DNA of 39,113 nt from Candidatus Sericytochromatia bacterium (GCA_014377495.1 JACMPN010000577.1:1-39113); one strand, 5' to 3'. Shown: positions 10,593-20,941, counted from the first letter of the stretch. Made by a program: numbers and translations. Notes: generated by a model not told the origin, from the sequence alone.

Positions 10593-10880
10593 TGGCGATT
10601 GTTCCGGTATCGCAACAGGGTCTGTGATCCCTACTGTCCGGCAGTGGGTACGGCGTGCGGAAATCGGCAGTACAACCCCGAAATCGGGCTTTGGCGCGTC
10701 GGTCCAGCCCTCATCGTGCCGGGGCTGGGCACTTGTTTGTACAAGTAGTTCTACGTGGCGGCCGAAACTCGGTTTTTACCGGGCGACCTCAGGGTACGAT
10801 ATTTTTAATTGAACGATGTATAGAGCGAGGACCGCGCTGGGCGATACCTCACTTTTTGAGTGGCGAAGGGTGGTTTAGAC

Positions 10881-11558
10881 ATGGACGGTGGTGCGATCCC
10901 AGGGAATGCCGGCTGGCAAAACGTAGACGTGACCATGAAGGGCCAAAAGACAACCGTCGCCGTCCATGGCGACGAGGGTCTGAAGAACCTGGAGAAGGTC
11001 ATCGGGGCAGACCATGACATCAGCATGTCGGAACTGATCGCAGTGACGGGTGGCCGGCCCCAAGAGGGAATGACCGGCGAAAACATGGCGAACAAAGTGG
11101 ACATCAAGGTTGGTGGGCAGGCCAAGTTTAACGTCACCGGCCTCGCCAATTTCATGGCACCCGGTGCAAAAGCGGTCGTCGAATCCGGCCACGGCAAGCA
11201 GAACATCATGGACAACACGCTCACCAAGGGCGCTGGCCTGCAACACCGGGTTAACGAGGCCAACAGTCAGTTCCAGGCCGCGTTCCCGGCCAGACTGCAA
11301 GCCTTGGTGGCGGATCCGACCATTTCGAAGGACGACAAGATCCGGTTCATGCACCTGGCTCTGGAGCGTGATTTCTCGCCCGAAACGGAAACGGGCATCG
11401 CCACCAGCGCCAAGACCAACACCATGAGCGCCGATGCCGTGGCGAGCAACCAGACCTTCATCCAGGGAGGTCGGGCGGAACTCGAAGCCAATATCCTTGC
11501 CTTGGGCGGCGATCCCAATGGCAGTTCACGCGTCCCCGAACCGGCCGTGAACCGGTAG
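10881..11558 (+). CDS. Hypothetical protein (225 aa), no recognised domain
   Basis: Protein-like, Lys/Asn-containing composition that is atypical for off-frame ORFs in this GC background. ATG 10881 follows GAAGGGTGG; GTG 10860 is an alternative start. A hairpin follows at 11575-11604. Confidence 0.6.
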   Translation: MDGGAIPGNAGWQNVDVTMKGQKTTVAVHGDEGLKNLEKVIGADHDISMSELIAVTGGRPQEGMTGENMANKVDIKVGGQAKFNVTGLANFMAPGAKAVVESGHGKQNIMDNTLTKGAGLQHRVNEANSQFQAAFPARLQALVADPTISKDDKIRFMHLALERDFSPETETGIATSAKTNTMSADAVASNQTFIQGGRAELEANILALGGDPNGSSRVPEPAVNR

Positions 11559-11574
11559 AAACCCTCATCGCCAC

Positions 11575-11604
11575 GGGCCCGGCTCTCAGACGTGAGCCGG
11601 GCCC
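11575..11604. terminator. Hairpin between convergent genes
   Basis: Perfect 11-bp stem gggcccggctc / gagccgggccc with an 8-nt loop. There is no clear T-tract. Confidence 0.45.
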
Positions 11605-11671
11605 GATTGCGTGCGCAGCGCCAGGCGATCAGGTGCCGGGTGGCAATTGTCCATCCTGTCGGCGCAGGGCC

Positions 11672-12442
11672 TTAAAGGAGGCGGATGACGCCCCGCACGG
11701 CGCCGCCGACACCGCGGCTGCCCGCCCGGGCCGCACCCGGGGCGAGGACGCGGCCGGCCACGGCGATTTCCTGACTGAGCTGCCGCCCGGCCCAGAGCAT
11801 CCGCCGCTCCAGCATCGCCCCGCCCACCTTGGCCATCTGGGCGATGCCCCTGACCGAGATCAGGTCCCGCAGATCCGGCGTCTTGACGATCGCCAGCAGG
11901 TCACAGCCGTGCAGATCCGTGATGCCGGCATTCAGGTAGGCCTGGGGATGGGTGCGGTAGGCAAAGCGGGTGAATGCCCGGTCAGCCTGTTCCAAGCGGG
12001 CGAAGGCGGTGGGATCAGCCTGGAGCTTGTGTTCGATGGCCTGTTGGAGCTGCAGCCGGGTGGCAGTCAGCCATTTTTGACCGTCCGGGCTCAGCTGGGG
12101 GGCCAGCTTTTCGGAAAACCGGTGGGCGTACTTGTCGCCGTAGCCCAGATAGTAGGCCGGCACCGGCTGGCCCGGATGACGGCGGGTAAAGTCCGCCGCC
12201 CGCCAGCGGTAATAGTCGACCGTACCCAGCAGGTCGGCCGGGGCCACGGTCGGGGATTGGTCCGGGGGGTCAAACTGCACAACCGGGGCAACAGCCGTCA
12301 GCAGCGGTGACCGGCGGACCAGCGGCCGCAGCTCCACATGGTCGCCGCCTGAAGTCGGGCGGGAGGGCACGGCCCCCAGCATGGGGCCCCCCCCCGCCGG
12401 CATCGGCAACCGGGTCGTCGTCCGCTGTAGCGCCGTGAGCAC
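11672..12442 (-). CDS. Hypothetical protein (256 aa), no recognised domain
   Basis: GTG start at 12442 with GGAGG 9 nt upstream. Sensible composition in the central part (YYLGYGDKYAHRFSEKLAPQL...). Confidence 0.6.
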   Translation of the reverse strand: MLTALQRTTTRLPMPAGGGPMLGAVPSRPTSGGDHVELRPLVRRSPLLTAVAPVVQFDPPDQSPTVAPADLLGTVDYYRWRAADFTRRHPGQPVPAYYLGYGDKYAHRFSEKLAPQLSPDGQKWLTATRLQLQQAIEHKLQADPTAFARLEQADRAFTRFAYRTHPQAYLNAGITDLHGCDLLAIVKTPDLRDLISVRGIAQMAKVGGAMLERRMLWAGRQLSQEIAVAGRVLAPGAARAGSRGVGGAVRGVIRLL

Positions 12443-12708
12443 CAGTTGTCGCCTCCACCATGGGTTACCGTTCTTGGCTTATAGGCACAACCGACCCTTT
12501 ACTTTCTTAACCGGATCTTTACGGGCAGGCACGTTGCAGGCCGGGGCGGCCTCCGGTCCGATTGATCGTCAAGTCGTCCTGCATCATGGAACCAATCGGG
12601 GTCACCCCGGTCTAACCTGAGATCATGTCCTATCATCCACCTGACGCCTCAGGGGAGTGCCGCCCGGCTCCGGCCCGGTCCACCCCATCCCGCACCCGCC
12701 GTGACATC

Positions 12709-14064
12709 ATGACCCGTCGTCGACATCCCGCTCGCTTTGCCGCTTTCCGGCGACTCTCGGCCCTCGGCCTAGTCGGCCTGTTGGCGACCGCCACACCTGC
12801 CTGGGCGGCCGCCACCGTCCCGCCGGTGGTGGCGCTGACGAGCGAGCCGGCGCTGGCCGCGCTGATCTGGGCCCAAAACCCGGACGTGCGCCAGGCAGCC
12901 TTTGCCGAGCGCCAGTCGCTGGCCGATCTGCGGCGGAGCGAGCTGTTCCCTAATCCCCTGGTGGATGTGGGCCAGCTCAGCCTGCCGACGGGCCTCGGTT
13001 TCATGCCCGAAGGCACGAACCTCTTCCACGCCCCGGCGCAGTACGTCGGGGTCACCCAACCCGTCGATTTCACCAAGCGGCCTTTGCGGCAGGCGCGGGC
13101 CCAGTACGGCGTACGTCTCGCCCATTGGCAAACCTTGGACATGCACAAGCAGCGTACGGCGGACCTGTTGGCCGTCGTCGGGCGCCTGGCCATCTCCCAG
13201 TTGCGCCTGCAACTCTGGCATGAACAGACGGTTGTCGTGCAGGAGCTCGTCCGCCTCTCCGCCCTGACGGCCAAGGAGGGCTTTACGGCCCCGCTGGACC
13301 ACGAAAAACTGCTCCTCGAGCAGGGCCGGCTGCAGACACTGGCTGATCTGGCCCGCATCACCCGCGAACAGGCCCGGAACGACTGGGCGATGCTCACGCT
13401 GACCCAGGCCCCGGAGCTGCAGAGCGGCGAGGCCGAGCGGATCATGGACCGGCTGGCCCATCTGCCGGTCCAATGGCCCGACCCCACCGTCCAGCTCGAC
13501 CACCTGCCCCAGCGGCGGATGCTGGAGCTGCAACGGTCCCAGGCCGGCGTCGATCTGGCGATCGCCAAGCAGCTCTGGGTGCCGGATGTGGGCGTCCGTG
13601 TCGCCTATACCTTCGACACCCTGCCCGGCAACATCCCCCACAGTCTGGCCTGGTCCGTGTCGGGGCCCATCCCCGTTTTCCAGGCCGGCGAGGCGGAGAC
13701 CATCGACGCCCAGGCCCGGTCCGAGGCCTACACCGTGGCGTTGCAGGCCCAGGCGTCGACGACGGCGTTCAACGAAGCGAACATCCGGCAGCGGGCCACG
13801 CTGCTCTCCCAGGGGCTGGTCACTCTGCGGTCCGAGCGACTGCCCGCCGCCAGGGCCACCCTGGCCCGCCTGCAGACGGCCCTGACGGCACGGGGGATCC
13901 CGCTGACGGACTTTATCCAGGTCCGCCGCACCTACCTCGATCTGGAAGGCGTGCGCGTGGACCTGCTGGAACAGCTCCACACCGCCCTCGTCGATTACCG
14001 GCGGCTGCTGGCCTGGCAGTTGCCCGATCCACTTCTGAGCCCTGCTGCGAAGGAAGCCCCTTGA
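12709..14064 (+). CDS. Outer-membrane efflux protein (TolC/CzcC-like)
   Basis: Signal peptide ending TPAWAAATV. Two-repeat helical OMF-like sequence. First gene of the OMF-MFP-RND triad. I take the start at MTRRRHPARF. Confidence 0.8.
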   Translation: MTRRRHPARFAAFRRLSALGLVGLLATATPAWAAATVPPVVALTSEPALAALIWAQNPDVRQAAFAERQSLADLRRSELFPNPLVDVGQLSLPTGLGFMPEGTNLFHAPAQYVGVTQPVDFTKRPLRQARAQYGVRLAHWQTLDMHKQRTADLLAVVGRLAISQLRLQLWHEQTVVVQELVRLSALTAKEGFTAPLDHEKLLLEQGRLQTLADLARITREQARNDWAMLTLTQAPELQSGEAERIMDRLAHLPVQWPDPTVQLDHLPQRRMLELQRSQAGVDLAIAKQLWVPDVGVRVAYTFDTLPGNIPHSLAWSVSGPIPVFQAGEAETIDAQARSEAYTVALQAQASTTAFNEANIRQRATLLSQGLVTLRSERLPAARATLARLQTALTARGIPLTDFIQVRRTYLDLEGVRVDLLEQLHTALVDYRRLLAWQLPDPLLSPAAKEAP

Positions 14065-14075
14065 AAGACGCCCGC

Positions 14076-15194
14076 ATGAACGCCCGATCCAGCCACGCCC
14101 TAGCCACCGGACTTGCCATCAGTGTCCTGCTGCTGGCGGGCTGTAAGGAAACGGCGCACGAAGCGCCGGCCAGCACGACCAAGGCGGCGGCGGCCGTCGC
14201 CTGGCCCGCCACCGATGCCCGGTGGCATTGGCTGACCTTTCACACGGTGACGGAGGGTCGTCCGATCCCATCGCTGCCAGTGGCCGGCCGGGTGGTGCCC
14301 CTGGAGACTCAGACCTGGTCGGTCCAAGCACCAGTGCCGGGTCGGGTCGAGACGGTGGCGGCCCGGGTCGGCCAGATCGTCCACCGCGGCGAGCGCCTGG
14401 TGCAGATCCGCAGCTCAGTCATGGCGGAATTGCGGCGGGACCGCATCCTGGCCCAGCAGACCCTGACCCTGCGGGAAAAAACCGCCAGCAATGCCAGGAC
14501 ACTCAGCCAGGCTCATGCCATCGCCGAAAAAGACCTGCTCAGCGCCATGCAGGATGCCCGGGAAGCAGCCGTCAACCTGGCGACCCTGACCCAGAAGCTG
14601 AGTGCCCTGAATATCGAGATGGACAGCGACTCGACCTATTGGCTGCGGGCGCCGCACGACGGGGTGATCGTCAAGGCTGACGTCACCCCCGGTGTCGAAG
14701 CCCGGCCGGACGCCGCCTCATTGCTGCAGATGGCGGCCTTGGACAAGCTGGTCGTCTGGGCCCAGGTCCTGGAAGCGGACCTGGACGGCATCGGCGCCGG
14801 GGACACGGCCCGGATCCTGTCGCCAGGGCGGGGCGACCGCGAGGTGCTGGCCCGGGTGGAGTCGATCAGCCGGGCCGTCGATCCGGAGCTGCACACGGTC
14901 GCCGTGCGTCTGCACACCCTGGGGGCCGCAGCCTGGTTGCGGCCAAACGGCTACGTGCAGGTGGTCTTTGGCCGGCCCAACGTCAAAGCCCTCGTCCTGC
15001 CGACAGAATCAGTCGTCACCGATGACCTGGAGTCGGTCGTCTTCATCAAACAGCCAGATGGCCGGCTGGTCCGGCGTCCAGTCGTGGTGGGACTGCAGGG
15101 CGACGGCCGCTCGGAGATCGTCCGCGGCCTCCACCCCGGTGACGTGGTCGTCGCCAAAGGCGCCATCCTGCTCCTGAACGAAGTGGGGCAGTAA
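14076..15194 (+). CDS. Efflux RND periplasmic adaptor (MFP/HlyD family) lipoprotein
   Basis: Lipobox LLLAGC. Barrel-sandwich and coiled-coil pattern (APVPGRVETVAARVGQIVHRGERLVQI ... RAPHDGVIVKADVTPG). The part of the listed ORF upstream of 14076 overlaps the OMF gene out of frame. Confidence 0.85.
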   Translation: MNARSSHALATGLAISVLLLAGCKETAHEAPASTTKAAAAVAWPATDARWHWLTFHTVTEGRPIPSLPVAGRVVPLETQTWSVQAPVPGRVETVAARVGQIVHRGERLVQIRSSVMAELRRDRILAQQTLTLREKTASNARTLSQAHAIAEKDLLSAMQDAREAAVNLATLTQKLSALNIEMDSDSTYWLRAPHDGVIVKADVTPGVEARPDAASLLQMAALDKLVVWAQVLEADLDGIGAGDTARILSPGRGDREVLARVESISRAVDPELHTVAVRLHTLGAAAWLRPNGYVQVVFGRPNVKALVLPTESVVTDDLESVVFIKQPDGRLVRRPVVVGLQGDGRSEIVRGLHPGDVVVAKGAILLLNEVGQ

Positions 15195-15196
15195 GC

Positions 15197-18100
15197 ATGC
15201 TTGAGCGTATCGCCCGCTGGTCCCTGCGGAACTGGCTGGCCGTCCCGTTTTTTGCCCTGGGGATCGGCCTCTGGGGGCTATGGTCCTTCAGCAACCTGAC
15301 GATCGAGGCCTTTCCCGATCCGACGGACCCCCAGGTCCAGATCATCACCGACTTCACCGGTCAGCCGACCGAGGAGGTCGAGCGCCAGCTCGGCCTGCCC
15401 CTGGAGCGGGCGTTCAACGGCATGCCGGGCCTGCTGCGCATGCGGAACATCAGCCTGTTCGGGCTGTCGAACGTCACCCTTACCTTCAAGGACGGCACCG
15501 ACCTCCTGCTGGCTCGGCAACTGGTCCTCGAACGCCTGCGCGATGCCGACCTGCCGGCAGGGGTGATCCCGGAACTGGGGCCCCTGGCGACACCGATCGG
15601 TGAGGTCTACCGCTACACCCTGTCGGGCGCCGGCGGCGATGTGCTGAAGCTGCGCCAGCTGCAGGACTGGACGGTTCGGCCGGCCCTCCTGCGCGTCCCC
15701 GGCGTGGCCGACGTCGTCACCTTCGGCGGCCTGTGGAAGGAAGTGCACGTCATGCCGTCGCCGTCGCGTCTGGCCGCCTATGATGTCGCCCTGGAGGAAC
15801 TGGAAGAGGCCCTGAAAAAGGCCTCCGTCAATGCGTCGGGCGGCATGCTCGAACGGGGCAGCGAGGGCTTCGTGATCAGCAGCCATGGCCTGGTCACGTC
15901 GTTGGATGATCTCGGCAATGTCGGCATCAAACAGCGCAACGGCACGCCGGTCCTCGTGCGCAACGTCGCCGAGGTGGTCATCTCGTGGTCACCCCGGCAG
16001 GGCGTGGCCTCCCACGGCAAGGAGCGGGACGTCGTCGAAGGCACGATCCTCATGCGTCGCGGCGAAAACCCGACCGTCGTCCTGCAGAACGTCCGCGACG
16101 CCATCGCTGACCTGAACCAGCGTCTGCCGGACGGGGCCAAGGTCGTCCCTTTCTATGACCGGACGGAACTGGTCGACCAGACCATGCACACAGTGTCAAA
16201 AAACCTGATCGAGGGCGCCGTCCTCGTCATCCTCGTCCTGTGGGTCTTCCTGATGGACTTCCGGGCGGCCGTGATCGTCGGCATGCTCATCCCGCTCAGC
16301 CTGCTGTTCTCCTTCATCTACCTGTACATGCGGGGCATGAGCGCCAACCTGCTCAGCATGGGGGCCGTGGACTTCGGGGTCATCGTCGACGGCGGCGTCG
16401 TGATCATCGAGGCGATCCTGATGCGCCTGCAGCACCGCGTGAATCACCACGAGACGGTGCTGGGCGCCTTGCAGCGGGCCCTCGACGAGGTCATCCGCCC
16501 GACCGTCTTTTCGCTGACGATCATCATTGCCGCCTACCTGCCGATCTTCCTGTTGCAGCGGGTGGAGGGCCGGATCTTCGCCCCGATGGCGAACACGGTC
16601 GTCTCGGCCCTGGTGGGTGCCCTGCTCCTCTCCATCACCCTGGTACCCGTGCTGGCCTGGCTCTTTTACCAGCGCAAGGCGCCCAAGCATCGGGAGTCTC
16701 CTGTGCTGCGGGTCGTCGTCAAGGGCTACGGTCCGGCGCTGAACTGGTGCCTGGATCATGCCGCCATCGTGCTGGTCGGCACGGGCCTCGCCATCGCCGC
16801 CTCGGTCTGGGCCCTGCCACGGCTGGGGACGGAGTTTTTGCCGGCCTTGAACGAAGGCTCGCTCTACGTGACCTTCACGTTGCCCGCGAACATCAGCCTG
16901 AACGAAGGGCGCCGGCTGATGCCCCGCATCTATGCGACCCTGGCCACGCATGCCTGCGTCAAGGACGTGCTGATGCAGCTGGGGCGCCCGGAGGACGGCA
17001 CGGATCCGAATCTGCCGAACAACCTGGAAATGTTCATCCGGCTGAAGTCACCCGACGACTGGCCCAAGCACATCCGCAACGTCGACGACCTCGTCGCCGA
17101 GATGACGCCACTCGTCGGGCAGATCCCCGGCGCCGACGTCACCTTTTCCCAACCGATCGCCGACAACGTCAACGACAGTCTCTCCGGTCAGCCCGGTGAC
17201 ATCGCCTGCAAGCTGTACGGGACAGATTTGAAGCAACTGCAGGACATCGCCGAAAACTGGAAGAATATCCTCGCCGGTGTCCCCGGTGTCGCCGATCTGG
17301 GCATTGTCCGCAGCGGCATGCAGCCCCAGTTGCAGATCCATCCTGACCGGGTGGCGATGACCCGCTACGGCCTGGACATGGACGACTTCCAGCACTTCAT
17401 CGCCGCCGCATTGGGCGGGTTGAAGACGGGTGTCTACTGGGAAGGCGAAATCCCTGTGCCGGTGATGCTGCGCTTCCCGGAAAATGCCCGCAACGAGGCT
17501 GACAAGATCCGGCAGATGCTGATCCCGGTCAAGGGCGGACGGCCCGTGCCCCTGTCGCTGCTGGCGCATGTGGAGAGCGGCTTTGGCCGGGCCTCCATCT
17601 TCCGGGAAAACGGCAAGCGCTACATCGGGCTGCGCATGAACGTGCGCGGCCGTGATTTGGGCTCTTTCGTCGACGAGGCCCGTCGCGCCGTCGCCCAGCA
17701 GGCACCGCTGCCCAAAGACGTCCGGGCGGAGTGGGGCGGCGAGTTCGAGTCGAAGGAACGGGCCATGAACCGGCTGGCGACGGTCGTGCCGGTGGCCCTG
17801 ATCATCACCTTCGTCCTGCTCTTCGGCGCCTTCAGCAATTTGCTGCTCGCCGGTCTCGTCCTGTTGACGATCCCGCTCGCCCTGATCGGCGGCGTCTTCG
17901 GGCTTTTCGTCATGGGCATGCCCGTCTCGGTGGCGGCCGCCGTCGGTTTCATCGCCCTGATCGGCCAGGCCAGCCTGAACGGTGTGCTGATCCTCTCGGC
18001 GATCAAGGCGAATCTGCTGCAGGGCATCCCCATGCGTGAGGCGATCTTCACCGGCTGCATGGACCGGTTGCGCCCCGTGATGATGACTGGCTGTCTGGCC

Positions 18101-18322
18101 GCCCTCGGACTGCTGCCTGCGGCGATGAGCCGGGCGATGGGCAGCGAGACTCAGCAGCCGGTCGCCGTCGTCGTCGTCGGTGGGACGATCTCCGCCATGT
18201 GCCTGACCCTGCTGGTCCTGCCGGTGCTCTTTTCGATCCTGGCCAAGCTGACGACGGGCACCCGCCTGGATCTGGCCAAGTCGACAGGGCGGGGGACGGG
18301 GCCACTGGAGGCGATTGAATAG
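15197..18322 (+). CDS. RND efflux permease, CusA/CzcA (heavy-metal efflux) family
   Basis: 1041 aa with 12-TM RND architecture. N-terminal NLTIEAFPDPTDPQV and AVDFGVIVDGGVVIIEAI are typical of the HME subfamily. The ATG is 2 nt after the adaptor stop. Confidence 0.9.
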   Translation: MLERIARWSLRNWLAVPFFALGIGLWGLWSFSNLTIEAFPDPTDPQVQIITDFTGQPTEEVERQLGLPLERAFNGMPGLLRMRNISLFGLSNVTLTFKDGTDLLLARQLVLERLRDADLPAGVIPELGPLATPIGEVYRYTLSGAGGDVLKLRQLQDWTVRPALLRVPGVADVVTFGGLWKEVHVMPSPSRLAAYDVALEELEEALKKASVNASGGMLERGSEGFVISSHGLVTSLDDLGNVGIKQRNGTPVLVRNVAEVVISWSPRQGVASHGKERDVVEGTILMRRGENPTVVLQNVRDAIADLNQRLPDGAKVVPFYDRTELVDQTMHTVSKNLIEGAVLVILVLWVFLMDFRAAVIVGMLIPLSLLFSFIYLYMRGMSANLLSMGAVDFGVIVDGGVVIIEAILMRLQHRVNHHETVLGALQRALDEVIRPTVFSLTIIIAAYLPIFLLQRVEGRIFAPMANTVVSALVGALLLSITLVPVLAWLFYQRKAPKHRESPVLRVVVKGYGPALNWCLDHAAIVLVGTGLAIAASVWALPRLGTEFLPALNEGSLYVTFTLPANISLNEGRRLMPRIYATLATHACVKDVLMQLGRPEDGTDPNLPNNLEMFIRLKSPDDWPKHIRNVDDLVAEMTPLVGQIPGADVTFSQPIADNVNDSLSGQPGDIACKLYGTDLKQLQDIAENWKNILAGVPGVADLGIVRSGMQPQLQIHPDRVAMTRYGLDMDDFQHFIAAALGGLKTGVYWEGEIPVPVMLRFPENARNEADKIRQMLIPVKGGRPVPLSLLAHVESGFGRASIFRENGKRYIGLRMNVRGRDLGSFVDEARRAVAQQAPLPKDVRAEWGGEFESKERAMNRLATVVPVALIITFVLLFGAFSNLLLAGLVLLTIPLALIGGVFGLFVMGMPVSVAAAVGFIALIGQASLNGVLILSAIKANLLQGIPMREAIFTGCMDRLRPVMMTGCLAALGLLPAAMSRAMGSETQQPVAVVVVGGTISAMCLTLLVLPVLFSILAKLTTGTRLDLAKSTGRGTGPLEAIE

Positions 18323-18727
18323 GGATCCGATCCCGGCGACGGCAAAGCCGCCTACGACGCGGTGCATCGTCAGATCCAGGGTGATCGTGCCTCGCTTGGC
18401 GACTGCGTGCGCTCCGCACCAGCCCTAAACGGTGGTTTCGGCTGTCTGCAGATAAATCAAGGATGGCCAAGATGGTGCAGTTTGGCGTCAGCGGCTAGCC
18501 CGACCGCCACCAGGGTAAATCCGGGGCCGGAAATGCTCAAAAATGAGCTTAGATCGTAAATATTGATTTGGGGATGCGAGCTTTGTGCTAGGGTGACAAT
18601 GCCTGCAATGATTGATCTATTTTATTCCAGTCAGTGACTGTAGGTCGCATTTATTGAATCCGACGGACCCTTGGGGGCCTGGCGCAGCTGTCACCCGATT
18701 CCCCCTTATGACCTGCCGGGAGCTTCC

Positions 18728-20941
18728 ATGTTGCGCCACCACGCCTTCGTCTTGACCGGCCTGATCCTCGTCAGCTGCACTCCGCCGCACGTTACAGCCC
18801 CGATCCTGCCGTCGACGACGATCGCACCGGCCGCAGTGGCGTCGCACATGACCGTCCTCCCGGCTGCTTCGTCCCAAGTGCCGCTGGTTCCTCCCCCCAC
18901 AACGGTTCCGCCGCTTGCGAGCGAGCCCTTGAGCGTCCGCATCGTGTTTCCCGCCGGGGCCTTCGGGGCGTTGCAGGGGAGTCTGCGGACGCAGGGTCTC
19001 GTCACGCCCCAGGAACTGGGTATCAGGGAGTTGGCCAGGCTGACGGTCACAGTGAACGGTCAGGTGCTGACCCAGGGGCAGTACCGCTTTCATCAGCTCA
19101 CCTGGGACGGCCAGGGACAGTTGCAGGCGGTGCTGCACCTGTCGGCGGCTCTGCGGGGCGCTGTGGCACAGGTGCGCGTCGCGACGCCCGATGGACGGAT
19201 CGCGTTGCAAGCCGTCATTCCGGCAGGCACCCCGGGTACCCCCGACATCGACGTCCTTTCCACAGCCCGGTCCCTCTTCGGTCTCCAGGCGGACGATCGC
19301 GGCGTCGAGTTGCTTGCCGACCTGCTCACCCACTCGCTCAATGCCGGCGGATCGCCCAACCTCCTTGATAGCCGTGCCGTGACAGCGGCGGTGGCGCTCA
19401 TCCGCAATGCGACCGAGCTGGGGACCGTCGGCATCCTCACGGTGGGCAGTTTGCCGGCGATCAACGGTTTCCAGACACCTGTCACCGGCGGCAGTGCGGG
19501 TGGCGGGACACCCACGCCTGTTGCAGGGACGTCCGTCACCGGCAACGTCCATGACGACTTGGGCGCCCTGCTGGGCGGGGTGACCGTGACCGGCACCGTG
19601 ATCGGGGCGGGTCTATTTCCCAACGGGACCAACACCCTGTCCACAACCACCCAGACCGGTGCCTACACCCTGGCCGGTGCCCCGCAGGGCGCGACGCTAT
19701 TGGTGACGGCGACAAAGGCGGGGCTGACGTCCCGCCGGCAGACGATCGTGCCCTTGGCCAACCCGACGGGGGATCCCAATATCAACAACGTCGGCTTTGG
19801 TGGCGGCCTGGACCGGGTCTTTTCGTTATCCGACCAGCCGGAAGTCATCAGCTTCACGCCAGCCAGCAATGCCACGGGCGTCGATCCGGCCACGACCTTC
19901 ACGCTGACGTTTAGTGAGCCCGTCAACACGACTGACGTCGAAACCGCTTTTGCCGTCTATGTCTCGGGCCCCCGCACGGACGTGGCTGCCGGCATCGACA
20001 TGACCAATCCCAACACCGGGGCCCAGGGTCGATACACGCTGACCTGCACCCAGGTACTGCTCTATACCCATGACCCCAGCCGGGACACTGGCCATGTCAC
20101 CAACGGCACGCGGGCCAAAGTGCGGTTCTCCGGCACCCCGATCTATGATGCGGCCAGCTTCACGTCCGCATGGAGCAACAACAATCAGACCGTAAACTTT
20201 ACTTTCCGTCCGGGCGCCAAGCTGCCGACTGACAAAGAGGGCACCCTTGTGCCCCAGTATGCGGTCTCATTCAAGGATGGCCCGATCCGCGACGCTGGCG
20301 GCACAGCCCGCACGGACGCCTGGTTCCGGGTCAGCGATACCCAGGTCGGGCGGGTCGGCTACCCGTTCACCGTGGCCACGGATACTACGGCTCCCCAGGT
20401 CAGCACGATCACGCCGATCAATGTCGATGCCACCGTCGGGGCGACGACCGCCGATAAGGTGCGCATCAGTTTCAGCGAGCCGATGATGCTCTTTCCCGGG
20501 AACATGAGCGGGGCCTCGATCCCGGGGCTCGTGGCTGCCGGGAGTGCCCGGCTCGCCAACAACTACCACTACTACGACAGTCCCTTGGGTACGACCAAGT
20601 ATCCGAGCACCGCTGGGACCAGCGAAGGCGTCGGGACCACTACCGCACCCGGGACATGGCAGGCGACGTTCGCAAATTTCACCGCCCACGGGGCGGCCTT
20701 GGCCGACGCCGGCGGCACGCCCGACTCGGCCCAATTCTATAGCGGCGACGCCACCCAATCCACGATCCAGATCAAGCCGCGTAGTGGCGCCGAGGCCTCC
20801 GCAGGGAGCACCGGGGCCTCTCAGGGGTTTGCCGCCGGGCGGAACGTCTGGATCCAGGTGAACGGCGCTGTCATCGATCCCGCTGGCAATGCGCTGAACA
20901 CCACCAGCAACGTCCACATCCGCAGCGGGATTGCGATGTAG
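18728..20941 (+). CDS. Large surface lipoprotein with CarboxypepD_reg-like and SbsA/Big_5-type Ig-like domains (S-layer-like)
   Basis: GGGAG lies 6 nt before ATG 18728. Lipobox LILVSC. VTGNVHDDLGALLGGVTVTG...TGAYTLAGAPQGATLLVTATKAG is carboxypeptidase-regulatory-like. PEVISFTPASNATGVDPATTFTLTFSEPV and APQVSTITPINVDATV...VRISFSEPM are SbsA-Ig-like. Confidence 0.75.
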   Translation: MLRHHAFVLTGLILVSCTPPHVTAPILPSTTIAPAAVASHMTVLPAASSQVPLVPPPTTVPPLASEPLSVRIVFPAGAFGALQGSLRTQGLVTPQELGIRELARLTVTVNGQVLTQGQYRFHQLTWDGQGQLQAVLHLSAALRGAVAQVRVATPDGRIALQAVIPAGTPGTPDIDVLSTARSLFGLQADDRGVELLADLLTHSLNAGGSPNLLDSRAVTAAVALIRNATELGTVGILTVGSLPAINGFQTPVTGGSAGGGTPTPVAGTSVTGNVHDDLGALLGGVTVTGTVIGAGLFPNGTNTLSTTTQTGAYTLAGAPQGATLLVTATKAGLTSRRQTIVPLANPTGDPNINNVGFGGGLDRVFSLSDQPEVISFTPASNATGVDPATTFTLTFSEPVNTTDVETAFAVYVSGPRTDVAAGIDMTNPNTGAQGRYTLTCTQVLLYTHDPSRDTGHVTNGTRAKVRFSGTPIYDAASFTSAWSNNNQTVNFTFRPGAKLPTDKEGTLVPQYAVSFKDGPIRDAGGTARTDAWFRVSDTQVGRVGYPFTVATDTTAPQVSTITPINVDATVGATTADKVRISFSEPMMLFPGNMSGASIPGLVAAGSARLANNYHYYDSPLGTTKYPSTAGTSEGVGTTTAPGTWQATFANFTAHGAALADAGGTPDSAQFYSGDATQSTIQIKPRSGAEASAGSTGASQGFAAGRNVWIQVNGAVIDPAGNALNTTSNVHIRSGIAM

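Noticed and set aside
13473-14075. N-terminal 201 codons of the listed 573-aa ORF 13473-15194
   Set aside because: This part overlaps the OMF gene out of frame and reads as Arg/Pro/Gly junk. The real adaptor gene starts at ATG 14076 with a lipoprotein signal peptide.
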